The position numbers were made by a program, and so were the translations under genes. Shown one piece after another: positions 26,864-36,820 of a stretch of 64,000 bases of DNA. The DNA lies in contig CAYVQL010000001.1 of the NCBI GenBank assembly GCA_964454135.1, positions 84,977-148,976 of the forward strand, in the 5' to 3' direction. Every line of letters begins with the position of its first letter. The first letter of the stretch is position 1. Source of the stretch: an uncultured Enterobacterales bacterium. Lineage in GTDB: Bacteria; Myxococcota_A; UBA796; JAFGLY01. Below the pieces are notes generated by a model, which ran no database searches, was not told the origin of the DNA, and worked only from the letters and a program-made list of their open reading frames with translations.

Positions 26864-27696
26864 CCCTCGCCGTCCAACACGCCGGCTTCGCGCAGGAAGC
26901 CCAGCACGGTCGCCCAGTAGCCCGCGTCCATGGGCATGTCGTTGTGGCCAGCGTCGTAGCTCACCAGGCGCCCTTGCTTGGCCGCCTGGGCCAGGGCCTG
27001 GCCGTGGGCGTAGGGGATGATCTCGTCGTGCCGGCCGTGCAGCACCAGGGTGGGGCAGTCCAGCTCCTGCAGAGCGACCAGGTTGTCGAAGGGATCCAGC
27101 ACCAGAAAGCGCGGCACGAGGGCCGTGCGCCAGGCCATGTCGGCCACGCTGGTGAAGCTGGACTGCAGGATCATGGCGGCCGGCGCGCAGTCGCCGGCCG
27201 CGGCGCAGTCGCGGGCCAGGGCGCAGGCCGCGCCCCCGCCCAGGGAGCGGCCGTGCAGCACCAGGCGCGCGGGATCCACCTCGGGGCGCTGCAGCGCCCG
27301 CAAGAGCAGCGCGTGCAGGTCGGCGCGGATGGCGCGCTCCGAGGGCGAGCCGGCCGAGCGGCCGTAGCCGCGGTACTCGGGCAGCACCAAGCTGATCCCC
27401 TGGGCCAGGTAGGGCTTCAGATCCCAGGGCAGGTAGTCGATCAGCTCGGCGTTGCCGTGAGCCATCAGCGCCAGCGGCCCGGGGCGCTGGGCCGAGACCC
27501 CGGCACCGGGGATGAAGAAGGCCTCGACGCGCCCCTGGGGCGTGTCGAGCCACCAGGACTCCAGGCCGGGCAGGTCCGGCGGCTGTGAGGAGAAGGGCCG
27601 CGCCGCGTAACGCGGGAAGAGCATGGGCCTCTGAAGCAGGAGCACGGCGGCCAGGGCAATCAGCCCGCAGACGACGGCCAGCAGGATCCACTTCAT
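26860..27696 (-). CDS. Alpha/beta hydrolase (membrane-anchored by an N-terminal helix).
   Basis: Nucleophile elbow GRSLGG, and the catalytic Asp/His region LHGRHDEIIPYAHG. Confidence 0.8.
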   Translation of the reverse strand: MKWILLAVVCGLIALAAVLLLQRPMLFPRYAARPFSSQPPDLPGLESWWLDTPQGRVEAFFIPGAGVSAQRPGPLALMAHGNAELIDYLPWDLKPYLAQGISLVLPEYRGYGRSAGSPSERAIRADLHALLLRALQRPEVDPARLVLHGRSLGGGAACALARDCAAAGDCAPAAMILQSSFTSVADMAWRTALVPRFLVLDPFDNLVALQELDCPTLVLHGRHDEIIPYAHGQALAQAAKQGRLVSYDAGHNDMPMDAGYWATVLGFLREAGVLDGEG

Positions 27697-27990
27697 GCTT
27701 CGCTCCCAAGGGGCAGACGGCACTGAACAAGAACACGTCTATCCTGCCGACGATTCGAGGAGCTTCCGTAGTGCTGTTTCAGGGCTGCGTATGCAGCGCT
27801 GCGCCGCCCATCAAGCGGCGAAGATGGCGGGGAGAGGCGGTGTCCGCCTCGGATAGGGGGGGAGAAGAATCTGTCTTCCCCCCAAAAAAACGCGGGCTGT
27901 CAATCTTCCGACAGGTGAGGTTCCTCGCTGTGTCGGTCCAGGTATTACCTGGTATCTGTATAGTCCGGATCGCATGAGACATTCACCCTG

Positions 27991-29523
27991 GTGACATCGG
28001 AGAACTGGCGGATGTTGTCGGCACCTGCCTTTGGACCTCGAAACCTGGCGCTGGCGGCCCTCTTGGGCGTGACCGGCTGCGCGGCGCCAGAGGTCAGCTT
28101 CACCTGCGCCGAGGACGAGGGTTTCTGCGAGTTGGCCGAGATCATGAAAGACGATCGCCCCCAGGCCTCGGGTGCGGACGTGCAGAAGGTCTACCTCTAC
28201 CAGGGCGTGGAGATCCCCCTGATGGAGAACCTGCAGGCCGTGGACGAGATCAACGCCACGGTGGTGGCGGGCCGCGACACCCTGCTGCGCGTCTTCGTGG
28301 ATCTGAACGACGACTGGGTCGACCGCAACATCTTCGCCCGCATCTGGTACTACCGCAACGGGGTGGCCTTCGACGCCGACCAATCCGAGGAGCGCTTCAT
28401 GTCCGTCTCGTCCACGGACGAGACGCTGGATTCCAGCTTCAACTTCTTCCCCCCGCCCAGCTACATCTCGCCCGATATCGGTTGGTCCGTGGAGCTGGTG
28501 GAGGGCGACGCCGCCGCGGCCACGGGCATGCCGGGCTACGCCCAGTGGCCCACCAGCAGCTACCAGCCCTTCCCGGCCACCGAGGGCGCCGACATGCTGC
28601 GCATCCTGCTGATCCCGGTGCGCTACGACGCCGACGGGTCGGGCCGGCTGCCCCCCACCGACGAGTCTACGGTGGAGTTCTACCGGCAGTACATGCACAA
28701 GGTCTACCCCGCCGCCGAGGTCCAGGTGGACGTGGGCGACGAGTTCCCCTGGAGCCAGCAGGTGGGCGCCTCCGACACGGGCGGTTGGGCGGCGCTCTTG
28801 TCCGCCATCACCGACAGCCGCGAGTCCCAGGGTGCCGATCCCGACCAGTACCTCTACGGCGTCTTCAACGCGGCCGATACCTTCGGCGAGTTCTGCGCCG
28901 CGGGCTGCATCGCCGGCTTGAGCAATATGGCCACTGGCGCCAACGACAGCTGGAACCGCGCCTCCATCGGCGTGGGCTTCGGCGGCGAGACCACGGCCAG
29001 CACCATGATCCACGAGGTGGGCCATGCCCACGGCCTGGACCACGTGGACGGCGGCTGCTACTCCGGCGGCGGCGAGGCGGGATACCCCTACAAGGGCGGC
29101 TACATCGGCTCGCGGGGCTACGACATGGTCAAGGGGACCCTGCTGGATCCCGACGCCTACTGGGACATGATGACCTACTGCGAGCCGACCTGGATCAGCG
29201 ACTATATGTACGACAAGCTGCACACCCGGGTGAAGGGCGTCTGCGACTCCTTCTGGGCCGATGGCGTGCTCTCGGACTGGAGCTCGGTGTGGGTCTACCC
29301 CGACGGCAGCCTGGCCTGGGGCGCCGAGCGCCACTTGCTGGGGCCCCCCGAGGGCCCGACGCGCGAGCTGGAGCTGCTGGGGCGCGACGGCCAGCTGTTG
29401 GACGTGGTGCAGGCGGTCTTTACGCCCTTCGACGCCGCGGACGGCGGCTCGCTGGTCTTCCCGCAGCAGCCGCGCGACGTGGTGGCCGCGCGCTACGGCG
29501 GTCGGGTGGCGCACCGCCGCTGA
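27991..29523 (+). CDS. Secreted zinc metalloprotease lipoprotein (HExxHxxGxxH zincin).
   Basis: Lipobox LLGVTGC. Zinc-binding motif MIHEVGHAHGLDH. Confidence 0.8.
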   Translation: MTSENWRMLSAPAFGPRNLALAALLGVTGCAAPEVSFTCAEDEGFCELAEIMKDDRPQASGADVQKVYLYQGVEIPLMENLQAVDEINATVVAGRDTLLRVFVDLNDDWVDRNIFARIWYYRNGVAFDADQSEERFMSVSSTDETLDSSFNFFPPPSYISPDIGWSVELVEGDAAAATGMPGYAQWPTSSYQPFPATEGADMLRILLIPVRYDADGSGRLPPTDESTVEFYRQYMHKVYPAAEVQVDVGDEFPWSQQVGASDTGGWAALLSAITDSRESQGADPDQYLYGVFNAADTFGEFCAAGCIAGLSNMATGANDSWNRASIGVGFGGETTASTMIHEVGHAHGLDHVDGGCYSGGGEAGYPYKGGYIGSRGYDMVKGTLLDPDAYWDMMTYCEPTWISDYMYDKLHTRVKGVCDSFWADGVLSDWSSVWVYPDGSLAWGAERHLLGPPEGPTRELELLGRDGQLLDVVQAVFTPFDAADGGSLVFPQQPRDVVAARYGGRVAHRR

Positions 29524-31607
29524 TCCGCGGGCTGGACGAAGCCGCGGTCCAGCAAGAGGTGCAGCAGCCCTTCTCCTTCGCCCATGTCCTCCAGGGCTGC
29601 GACCAGCTCTGAGAGAGCCATGCCCCGACGCAATGGGCCCGCAAGCAGCGCCTGCAGGGCGGGGCGCAGGCCCAGCACCGTGGGGGATGGGCCGCGGAGC
29701 TGGGGTGCCAGGGGCTCGTTGGAGAGGGCGGGCACCGGGGCTGGATGGGCCTGATCAGGCCGGGAGGGGTTGAAGAGGAAGGGACGGGCCCGCAGCCAGG
29801 CCGGCGCCTGCAGCAGCGGATCGTCGGCCGCCCAGTCGCGCCAGGCGGCCGTGCCCGGTTGCGGCCAGCGGGGCAATGGGATGGGGGCCGATGCCTCGAA
29901 GTCCTGGGCCTGCAGCAGGTGGCGGTGCAGCACGCGGTGGCTGCGGCTCAACTCGTCCGTCTGCCAGGTGGAGAGTCGCAGCTGGGGCTCGGCCTGCAGG
30001 GCCGCGTGCCAGAGCTGGGCCGCTGTCTGCGCCGTGAGTCCGTCGTCCGTACGGAACTCGTGGTCCAGGCTGAGGTCGCCCGGGGGCTTGTCCTCGACCT
30101 GCAGCCCCGCCTCCCCGGCCTGCAGGGGCGAGCCTGCGGGCAGGTTGAAGGGGAAGATGGCCAGCAGGTCGGCGCGCCGGCGCAGACGCGCGGCCAGGGC
30201 CAGGCTGCGTCGGCGCTGCGCCGGGGTCTCGCCGGGGTAGCACAGGATGAAGTTGAGCTTGAGGGGGATGCCTGCCCTGTGGCATCGCTCGACGCAGCGC
30301 GTGACGGCCGCCAGGTCTCCGCCACGGCCCATGGCGTTTCGCAGCTGCTCGTCGCCGGATTCCACGCCTAGGAAGAGCATGGCCAGGCCGGCCCGCGCCA
30401 GCTCGGAGACCAGGCCGGCCTGGTCGAGGTCTTCGGGTCGGGCGTCGCCGTACCAGGCTGGGCGGGCTTCGACGGACAGACCGAGCAGGAGCCGCCCGAA
30501 GCGGCGCAGGAAGGCGGGGCTCAGGCTGTCGTCCGTCAGGTAGAAGCAGCGGGCGCCGTAGCGGCGCCCCAGCTCCTGCAGCTCCTGGAACACCTCTTCT
30601 GCACGGCGCGGCTGAAAGGCGGTGCGGCCATGATGGGCGCAGTAGCGGCAGCGCCCCCAGTAGCAGCCGCGGGAGGCCATGGTGGGCAGCACGGGCTCGG
30701 GACAGAGGTAGCGAGGCAGATCCCGGCGCTCGAAGACCGGCATGGCCTCGTGGGAGGGGGGAGGTCCCGCTGCGCGCAGGCCGTGGGGTGCCTGGCCCTG
30801 CCCAAGCTCGCTCAGCAGCTCGTCCAGGGCTCCCTCACCTGGTCCGGCCACGACCACGTCCAGGGAGGGGAAGGCCCGCAGCAACTCGGCGGCCCTGGGA
30901 CCAAGGTGGCTGGGATAGGTTCCGCCCAGGCAGACGCAGCAGCCGGGCGCCCGCGCCTTGCAGGCGCGGGCCAGCAGCAGGGCGGGCAGCAGCTGATCGG
31001 CGAACATGACCGAGATGCCCAGCAGGTCCGGGGCTCCGTCTTCCAGGCTGCGCTCCAGCTCCGCGCGGATGGCCTCGTCGAAGAGACTGCGCGCTGCGCT
31101 GCCTGCCGCCAGCTGGCGCTGGAGGAGCGCGACGCTCAGCCGCTCTCCAAGCTGCAAGCCGTGGAAGCGTAGCGCCAGCGGGGCATGGCGGGCGCTCAGG
31201 ATCTCCAGGGCCAGGCGCAGGATGTGGGCGGCTTGGGCGTAGTCCTGCAGGTCGTCGAAGCGGCTGCGTTGACGCATCACTGCCAGGGCGTCCTGCACCC
31301 CATGCAGCACGGCCGGGCCGCAGAGCAGGCAGCGGGCCAGCCGCTGGTAGCGGGCTTGCTGCGATGGCGCGGACGAGGGGCGCGGCGCGGCGGACAGCGC
31401 GCGCTCGAGCGCTCGCAGCTCTTCCTCCAGCTGTTCCAGGGCTCGCTGCAGGACCTCGCGGTGCAGAACTCCGAGGAAGAAGCGCAGGTTGCCGTCGAGC
31501 TGCCGGACATCGTGGCCTTGGCTGCGCAGGTGACCTGTCAGCCTGGCCAGCCCATGGGGGGGCAGGGTGGGATCGGCCACCGGGGGGAAGTGCAGGCGGA
31601 TCTTCAT
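29493..31607 (-). CDS. B12-binding-domain radical SAM protein with a roughly 200 aa Pro-rich C-terminal extension.
   Basis: N-terminal cobalamin-binding-like fold (MKIRLHFPPV...). Radical SAM cluster motif CYWGRCRYC. Start verified at the ATG at 31607. A 17 nt gap separates it from the upstream PilZ gene. Confidence 0.8.
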   Translation of the reverse strand: MKIRLHFPPVADPTLPPHGLARLTGHLRSQGHDVRQLDGNLRFFLGVLHREVLQRALEQLEEELRALERALSAAPRPSSAPSQQARYQRLARCLLCGPAVLHGVQDALAVMRQRSRFDDLQDYAQAAHILRLALEILSARHAPLALRFHGLQLGERLSVALLQRQLAAGSAARSLFDEAIRAELERSLEDGAPDLLGISVMFADQLLPALLLARACKARAPGCCVCLGGTYPSHLGPRAAELLRAFPSLDVVVAGPGEGALDELLSELGQGQAPHGLRAAGPPPSHEAMPVFERRDLPRYLCPEPVLPTMASRGCYWGRCRYCAHHGRTAFQPRRAEEVFQELQELGRRYGARCFYLTDDSLSPAFLRRFGRLLLGLSVEARPAWYGDARPEDLDQAGLVSELARAGLAMLFLGVESGDEQLRNAMGRGGDLAAVTRCVERCHRAGIPLKLNFILCYPGETPAQRRRSLALAARLRRRADLLAIFPFNLPAGSPLQAGEAGLQVEDKPPGDLSLDHEFRTDDGLTAQTAAQLWHAALQAEPQLRLSTWQTDELSRSHRVLHRHLLQAQDFEASAPIPLPRWPQPGTAAWRDWAADDPLLQAPAWLRARPFLFNPSRPDQAHPAPVPALSNEPLAPQLRGPSPTVLGLRPALQALLAGPLRRGMALSELVAALEDMGEGEGLLHLLLDRGFVQPADQRRCATRPP

Positions 31608-31624
31608 GGGGGCGGCGCGGGCTG

Positions 31625-32821
31625 CTAGGCCCCCCGCTCGGCCTCCGTGGCCAGCTCGGCACGCATGCGTTGGTCCATGCTGAAGGCCAGCCCGGCCCCT
31701 ACGGGCAAGGGGGCCACCACCACGGCCTTGCAGCGCAGCCGCGCCCCCGAGGGAAGCTGGAACTCCACGTCGAGCCTCATGCGCGGCTGATCCAGGCCCC
31801 TGGCCTTGACGAAGAGACCCCCATTGCGCAGGTGGCTCTGGTAGTCCTTGACGAAGTTGCTCTGCCGGCCGTAGCGGATCACGATCCACGTGGCGCCGTC
31901 GCGCTTGTCCACGCTCACCAGGGGATCGAGCTGGCGCGTGCGGAGCCCGTTGCGCGAGGAGCTGGCTGCGCCGGGCTGCGCTCCCTGGGAGGCGGCGTCA
32001 GGCCCGGGTGCCGTCGGGGCGGGCGTGGGCGCGGCCCGGGGCGGCGCTGGCTGGGGAGGAGCGGTGGCGGCCCGGGGCGGCGCCGGCGTGGGAGGAGCCG
32101 GGGCGGCCTGGGGCGGCGCCGGCTCGACAGCGGAGGGCGCTGGCTGGGGAGGCGGGGGTGCTGGGGGCGATCGGCCCTCGATGGTGACCTTCGCGCCGGA
32201 TTCCGTCCAGGAGGCGGGTTTGCTGGGTGCCGCGGGTGCCCCCGACTGGGAGCTCAACCCCCGACCCAGGGCCGCCGAGATGGCGGAACGCACGCCGCTG
32301 TGAGCCGAGCCGCCGCTGCCACCCTCGGTGGACAGCCCGAAATCGCCGCCGATGCCCTTCTTCTTCTTCTTGAAGAGCTGCTCGCGACGGGCGCGGCGTT
32401 CGTTGATGCGCTCGATGGCCAGCTTGGTCTCGGCCTCGCTGGCCGTGCCCGCCTTGTCTGCGAACATGTCGCGGATGTATTTCTCCGGGTTGCGCTCTAC
32501 GCGCTGGGATGTGCCTCCCAGCTTCTGGTCTTCCATCCAGCCGCGCATGATCTCGAGGTCGGCCTCGGGCATGCTGCTGATGGAGCCTATGAAGGTCTGC
32601 ATGGCCTCGCCCCGGTAGGGCGTGACGGTGCGCACGGTCAGCATGCCCATGATGGTCTCTTCGTAGCCCTTCAGCTCCATGCGCCAGGCCATGGTCTCTC
32701 CGACCTGCAGAACGGAGGCGATCTGGAAGGTGATCTCCCGCTCGTTCATGTCGATGACGTAGCCGAAGGCCAGCCCGTGGGGAGACTGCAGCGCAAACAT
32801 GACGTTCAGGGGTTCGGCCAT
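31625..32821 (-). CDS. Protein with two PilZ-like domains (N- and C-terminal) separated by a Pro/Ala-rich linker.
   Basis: Both ends show a PilZ-like beta-barrel pattern. A lysine run and a PAPP-repeat linker sit between them. Strong RBS GGAGAGGA. Confidence 0.65.
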   Translation of the reverse strand: MAEPLNVMFALQSPHGLAFGYVIDMNEREITFQIASVLQVGETMAWRMELKGYEETIMGMLTVRTVTPYRGEAMQTFIGSISSMPEADLEIMRGWMEDQKLGGTSQRVERNPEKYIRDMFADKAGTASEAETKLAIERINERRARREQLFKKKKKGIGGDFGLSTEGGSGGSAHSGVRSAISAALGRGLSSQSGAPAAPSKPASWTESGAKVTIEGRSPPAPPPPQPAPSAVEPAPPQAAPAPPTPAPPRAATAPPQPAPPRAAPTPAPTAPGPDAASQGAQPGAASSSRNGLRTRQLDPLVSVDKRDGATWIVIRYGRQSNFVKDYQSHLRNGGLFVKARGLDQPRMRLDVEFQLPSGARLRCKAVVVAPLPVGAGLAFSMDQRMRAELATEAERGA

Positions 32822-32869
32822 GATCCTCTCCTGGACGCTATGATACCACCAACCGCTGCAGGGAGGAGA

Positions 32870-33958
32870 TCAACCCTGGCGCGCCTGGATGGCCATCAGC
32901 TCGTCATCGCGCGTTTGGGCCGAGATGGCCCGCTGGGCGTAGAGCTGTTGCAGGTGCTCGCGGTAGGTCACACCTGCTTCCGACTTGCTGGTGTAGATAT
33001 TGAGCTTGCCCAGCTCGCCGGCGCGCAGCACCGTGCGGATGGCCGTGGTGGGGAAGATCACCTCGGCGCCCAGCACGCGGCCGCCCCGAATGCCCGGCAG
33101 CAGGCGCTGTGTGATGATGGCCGAAAGCCCCGAGGCCAGCGAGTAGCGGATGCGCGCCTGGTGGTCGCTGTGGATCGAGCCGATGACCCGCGCCATGGTG
33201 GAGATGGTGTCGTCGGCGTGCATCGTGCTGATCACCAGGTGCCCCATCTCGGCGGCCTTCAGCACCTGCTCGATGGTCTCGGGATCGCGCATCTCCCCTA
33301 CGTAGACCACGTCCAGGTTCTCGCGCAGGGCGGCGCGCACGCCGCCGGAGAAGGAGTCCACGTGCATGCCCACCTCGCGCTGGATGAACATGCCCTTGTG
33401 ATCGTGGAAGATGTACTCGATGGGATCTTCCAGGGTGAGCAGGGTGGCCGGGCGCGTGCGGGCGATGTGGTCCAGCAGGGCCACGGCGGTGACGGTCTTG
33501 CCCTGGCCCGTGGCGCCGGAGATCAGCACCAGGCCGTGCTTGAGCGACATCAGCCGCGGCAGCAGCTTGGGCGGCAGACCCAGCTCCTCCAGGGGCATGA
33601 TGTCCTGGGCGATGCGGCGGATCACGGCGTAGATGCCGTTGTTGGCCATGCCCACGTGCACGCGGTAGCGATTGGTCGCCTCGGCGTGCACCAGGTCCAC
33701 CTCCCGCTTGACCCGGAAGCGGTCCAGATCGCTCTGAGTGAAGAAACAGGCCATGAAGTGGCGCAGGTGCTGGTCGGTCAGCGGGTCGGTCTTGATGCGG
33801 GTGATCTGGCCGTCGATCTTGAAGATCACCGGCTCGCCGACCTTGAGGTAGAAATCGGCGGCGTTGGCCTCTTCCATCCAGAGCAGGGTGTCGCGGACAC
33901 TGACCGTGCGTTCGGCCGAGCGGAGGAAGGGCTTTCTGTAGGCTTTCATGTTGGCCAT
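32870..33958 (-). CDS. PilT/PilU-family type IV pilus retraction-type ATPase paralogue.
   Basis: Walker A GATGQGKT, LTLEDPIEY, Walker B and Asp box VVYVGEMRD, His box HLVISTMHA. GGAGG RBS ahead of the ATG at 33958. The rest of the 1337-aa ORF is rejected. Confidence 0.85.
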   Translation of the reverse strand: MANMKAYRKPFLRSAERTVSVRDTLLWMEEANAADFYLKVGEPVIFKIDGQITRIKTDPLTDQHLRHFMACFFTQSDLDRFRVKREVDLVHAEATNRYRVHVGMANNGIYAVIRRIAQDIMPLEELGLPPKLLPRLMSLKHGLVLISGATGQGKTVTAVALLDHIARTRPATLLTLEDPIEYIFHDHKGMFIQREVGMHVDSFSGGVRAALRENLDVVYVGEMRDPETIEQVLKAAEMGHLVISTMHADDTISTMARVIGSIHSDHQARIRYSLASGLSAIITQRLLPGIRGGRVLGAEVIFPTTAIRTVLRAGELGKLNIYTSKSEAGVTYREHLQQLYAQRAISAQTRDDELMAIQARQG

Positions 33959-34054
33959 CTCACCCTCCGACGAATTGGCTGCGAAGCGATCTGCTATCAC
34001 GAAACGGGGTCCTGTCGCTCCGGTTATGGGGGCCGTCCTTCCCAGGGGTTGCCC

Positions 34055-35488
34055 ATGCCCGAGACCATTCTTCGTCGTTTTCGCCAGGTCGCGCCCACGG
34101 TCGATTATTGCGCGCTGCGGCTGGTGGAGGAGCAGGGCGAGGCCCTCACCGTGCGGCGCGATGTGCTGCAGCCTGTCCGCAGCGCACAAGAACGGGGCGC
34201 CATGATCACGGTCCACCACGGCGCAGGTGCTGGCTACGCGGCCACCAGCGATCTGAGCGTCGCCGGGCTGCGGCGGGCGGCGCAGCGGGCCGCCGAGTGG
34301 GCGCAACGCAGCGCAGCGCACTCGGTGATCGACTTCTCGGCCATTGAGATGCCGCGACCCGTGGGCTCGTACCAAGCAAGCGAGGAGCAGCCCTGGTCGG
34401 ACCAGCCCCTGGCCGAGCGCGTGGCCATGTTGCTGCAGCGCAGCCGCAGCCTGCGCATCGACGAACGCATCGTGGACTGGTCGGTCTCGCTCTGGCGCGT
34501 GCGCCACGAGACCCTCTTCGCCACGGCCGATGGCGGACTGGCCCAGCAGGGCTTGAACCTGGTCACGCCGGAGATCCGGGCCGTGGCCAGCGCCGGCGGC
34601 GACGTGCAGAAGCGCACGCTGGGGGGCTCGGGCATCTCGCAGCAGGGCGGGCTGGAGGTGCTGGACCGCGTGGGCTTCCATCGGGCTGGGCCCGAGCTGG
34701 CCCAGCAGGCTCTGGAGCTGCTCTCGGCGCCCGATTGCCCCTCGGGCACCATGGACCTGTTGCTGGCCCCGGACCAGATGATGCTGCAGGTGCACGAGTC
34801 CATCGGCCACCCCCTGGAGCTGGATCGCATCCTGGGCGACGAGCGCTCCTACGCCGGCACCAGCTTCGTCAGCCTGGACATGTTCGGCAGCTACCGCTAC
34901 GGCAGCCGGCTGCTGAACATCACCTTCGATCCTGGCGACCCCCACGAATTTGCCAGCTACGCCTTCGACGACGAGGGCAGCCAGGCGCGGCGGGTGCACA
35001 TCATCCGCGACGGCCTGCTGGAGCGCCCCCTGGGCGGCGTCATCAGCCAGGCCAGGGCCGGCCTGCCCGGCACGGCCAACAGCCGAGCCCAGAGCTGGTA
35101 TCGCCCACCCATCGACCGCATGGCCAACCTGAACCTGGAGCCGGGCGATTCCAGCTTCCAGCAGCTGGTCTCGCAGGTGGAGCGCGGCGTCTTCATGCGC
35201 ACCAACGCCTCCTGGTCCATCGACGACTCGCGCAACAAGTTCCAGTTCGGCTGCCAGCGGGCGCGCCTGATCCGCGACGGCCAGCTGGGCCAGGTCGTGA
35301 AGAATCCCAACTACCGCGGCATCTCCGCCACCTTCTGGCGCAACCTGAAGGGCGTGGGCGACCGCAGCACCTACGAAGCCCACGGCACGCCCTGGTGCGG
35401 CAAGGGCGAGCCCAACCAGATCATTCGCGTGGGGCACGCCGCGCCGGTGGCGCTCTTCGGCGCTGTCGATGTCTTCGGGGGGGCCTGA
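34055..35488 (+). CDS. tldD: TldD-family metalloprotease.
   Basis: HESIGHPLELD zinc motif and overall TldD/PmbA fold signature. Start at the ATG at 34055. Confidence 0.85.
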   Translation: MPETILRRFRQVAPTVDYCALRLVEEQGEALTVRRDVLQPVRSAQERGAMITVHHGAGAGYAATSDLSVAGLRRAAQRAAEWAQRSAAHSVIDFSAIEMPRPVGSYQASEEQPWSDQPLAERVAMLLQRSRSLRIDERIVDWSVSLWRVRHETLFATADGGLAQQGLNLVTPEIRAVASAGGDVQKRTLGGSGISQQGGLEVLDRVGFHRAGPELAQQALELLSAPDCPSGTMDLLLAPDQMMLQVHESIGHPLELDRILGDERSYAGTSFVSLDMFGSYRYGSRLLNITFDPGDPHEFASYAFDDEGSQARRVHIIRDGLLERPLGGVISQARAGLPGTANSRAQSWYRPPIDRMANLNLEPGDSSFQQLVSQVERGVFMRTNASWSIDDSRNKFQFGCQRARLIRDGQLGQVVKNPNYRGISATFWRNLKGVGDRSTYEAHGTPWCGKGEPNQIIRVGHAAPVALFGAVDVFGGA

Positions 35489-35491
35489 GCC

Positions 35492-36820
35492 ATGCAGAAT
35501 TCCCAAGAGCGTTTCTACGAGCTCTTCGAGCAGCTCCAGGGTCGGCTGCGCGGCGACGAGGTGCTGCTGGCCAGCCACTACGGCGAGGACTCGGAATTCG
35601 TGCGGCTCAACCGCGGTGCGGTGCGCCAGGCGGGCCACGTGGCCCAGGCCACCATGGACCTGCGCTTGATCCAGGGTAAGCGGCATGCCTCGGCCGAGCT
35701 CAGCCTGGGCGGCGATGCGGCCGACGGATCGCGCCTGGCTGCCCTGCTGGAGCGCCTGCGGGGCCAGCTGCCCCATTTGCCCGAGGATCCGCACCTGCTC
35801 TACGCCCAAGAGCCTCGCTCCAGCGAGCGCCGCGGCCAGGATCGCCTGCCACCGGCCGCCGATGCGGTGGACGGGCTGTTGGACGCCGCCCAGGGCCTCG
35901 ACCTGGTGGGCATCCTGGCTGCGGGCGCCATCCGCCGCGGCTTTGCCAGCTCCCTGGGCCAGCGCAACTGGTTCACCTCCCACCCCTTCTCCCTGGACTA
36001 CTGCCTCTACCACCAGGGCGACAAGGCCGTGAAGTGCAGCTACGCCGGCTTCCATTGGCGCATCGAGGAGCTGGAGCGCCAGCTGGGGCAGGCCCGCCAG
36101 CAGCTGATGGCCCTGGCGCGGCCGGCGCGGCGCATCGAGCCCGGGCGCTACCGGGCCTACCTGACCCCAGCCGCCCTGCAGGAGATCACCACCTTGCTGG
36201 CCTGGGATGGCTTCGGCGCCCGCGCCCAGCAGACGGGCGATACCCCGCTGTTGCGCCTGGCTCGGGGCGAGGACCAGCTGCACGAGTCGGTGTCTCTCCG
36301 CGAGAACACGGCCGATGGCATCGCCCCGGACTTCGGCGAAGAGGGCTTCATCAAGCCCCATAGCGTGCCCCTGGTGGAGAAGGGGCGCTGGGCCGGGGCC
36401 TTGATCTCGCCGCGCTCGGCCCGCGAGTTCGGCCTGCGGACCAACGGGGCGTCCGAGAGCGAGTTCCCCGTCTCGCTGGACATGGCCCCCGGCGATCTGC
36501 CCCGGGAACAGGCCCTGGAGCGCCTGGGCACGGGCATCTGGATCGGCAACCTGTGGTATCTCAACTACTCGGACCGCCCGGCCTGCCGCATCACGGGCAT
36601 GACCCGCTTCGCCACCTTCTGGGTGCAGGACGGCCGTATCGAGGCCCCCATCGAGGTGATGCGCTTCGACGACACCGTCTACCGCATGCTGGGCAGCCAG
36701 CTGGAGGCCCTGAGCTCTGAGCGCGACTTCATGCCCAGCCCCGAGACCTACTTCCGGCGTTCCTCGGACAGCGCGCGGCTGCCGGGCGCCCTGCTGCGGG
36801 AGATCGTCTTCACCCTGTGA
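35492..36820 (+). CDS. pmbA: TldE/PmbA-family protein (partner of TldD).
   Basis: TldD/PmbA family blocks without the HExxxH motif. Starts 3 nt after the tldD stop. Confidence 0.8.
   Translation: MQNSQERFYELFEQLQGRLRGDEVLLASHYGEDSEFVRLNRGAVRQAGHVAQATMDLRLIQGKRHASAELSLGGDAADGSRLAALLERLRGQLPHLPEDPHLLYAQEPRSSERRGQDRLPPAADAVDGLLDAAQGLDLVGILAAGAIRRGFASSLGQRNWFTSHPFSLDYCLYHQGDKAVKCSYAGFHWRIEELERQLGQARQQLMALARPARRIEPGRYRAYLTPAALQEITTLLAWDGFGARAQQTGDTPLLRLARGEDQLHESVSLRENTADGIAPDFGEEGFIKPHSVPLVEKGRWAGALISPRSAREFGLRTNGASESEFPVSLDMAPGDLPREQALERLGTGIWIGNLWYLNYSDRPACRITGMTRFATFWVQDGRIEAPIEVMRFDDTVYRMLGSQLEALSSERDFMPSPETYFRRSSDSARLPGALLREIVFTL

Noticed and set aside
23006-26920. ORFs 23006..25162 + (718 aa), 23143..24264 - (373 aa) and 25289..26920 + (543 aa).
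   Set aside because: Each is antisense or off-frame to a gene with a signal peptide or TM helices, and its translation is Gly/Gln/Ala/Pro/Arg-rich low-complexity.
27840-27880. G-rich hairpin GGGGGGGAGAAGaatctgtCTTCCCCCC followed by A7, as a terminator.
   Set aside because: On the plus strand it is followed by an A-run, not a U-run. On the minus strand the T-run precedes the hairpin. It also lies on the promoter side of both flanking genes.
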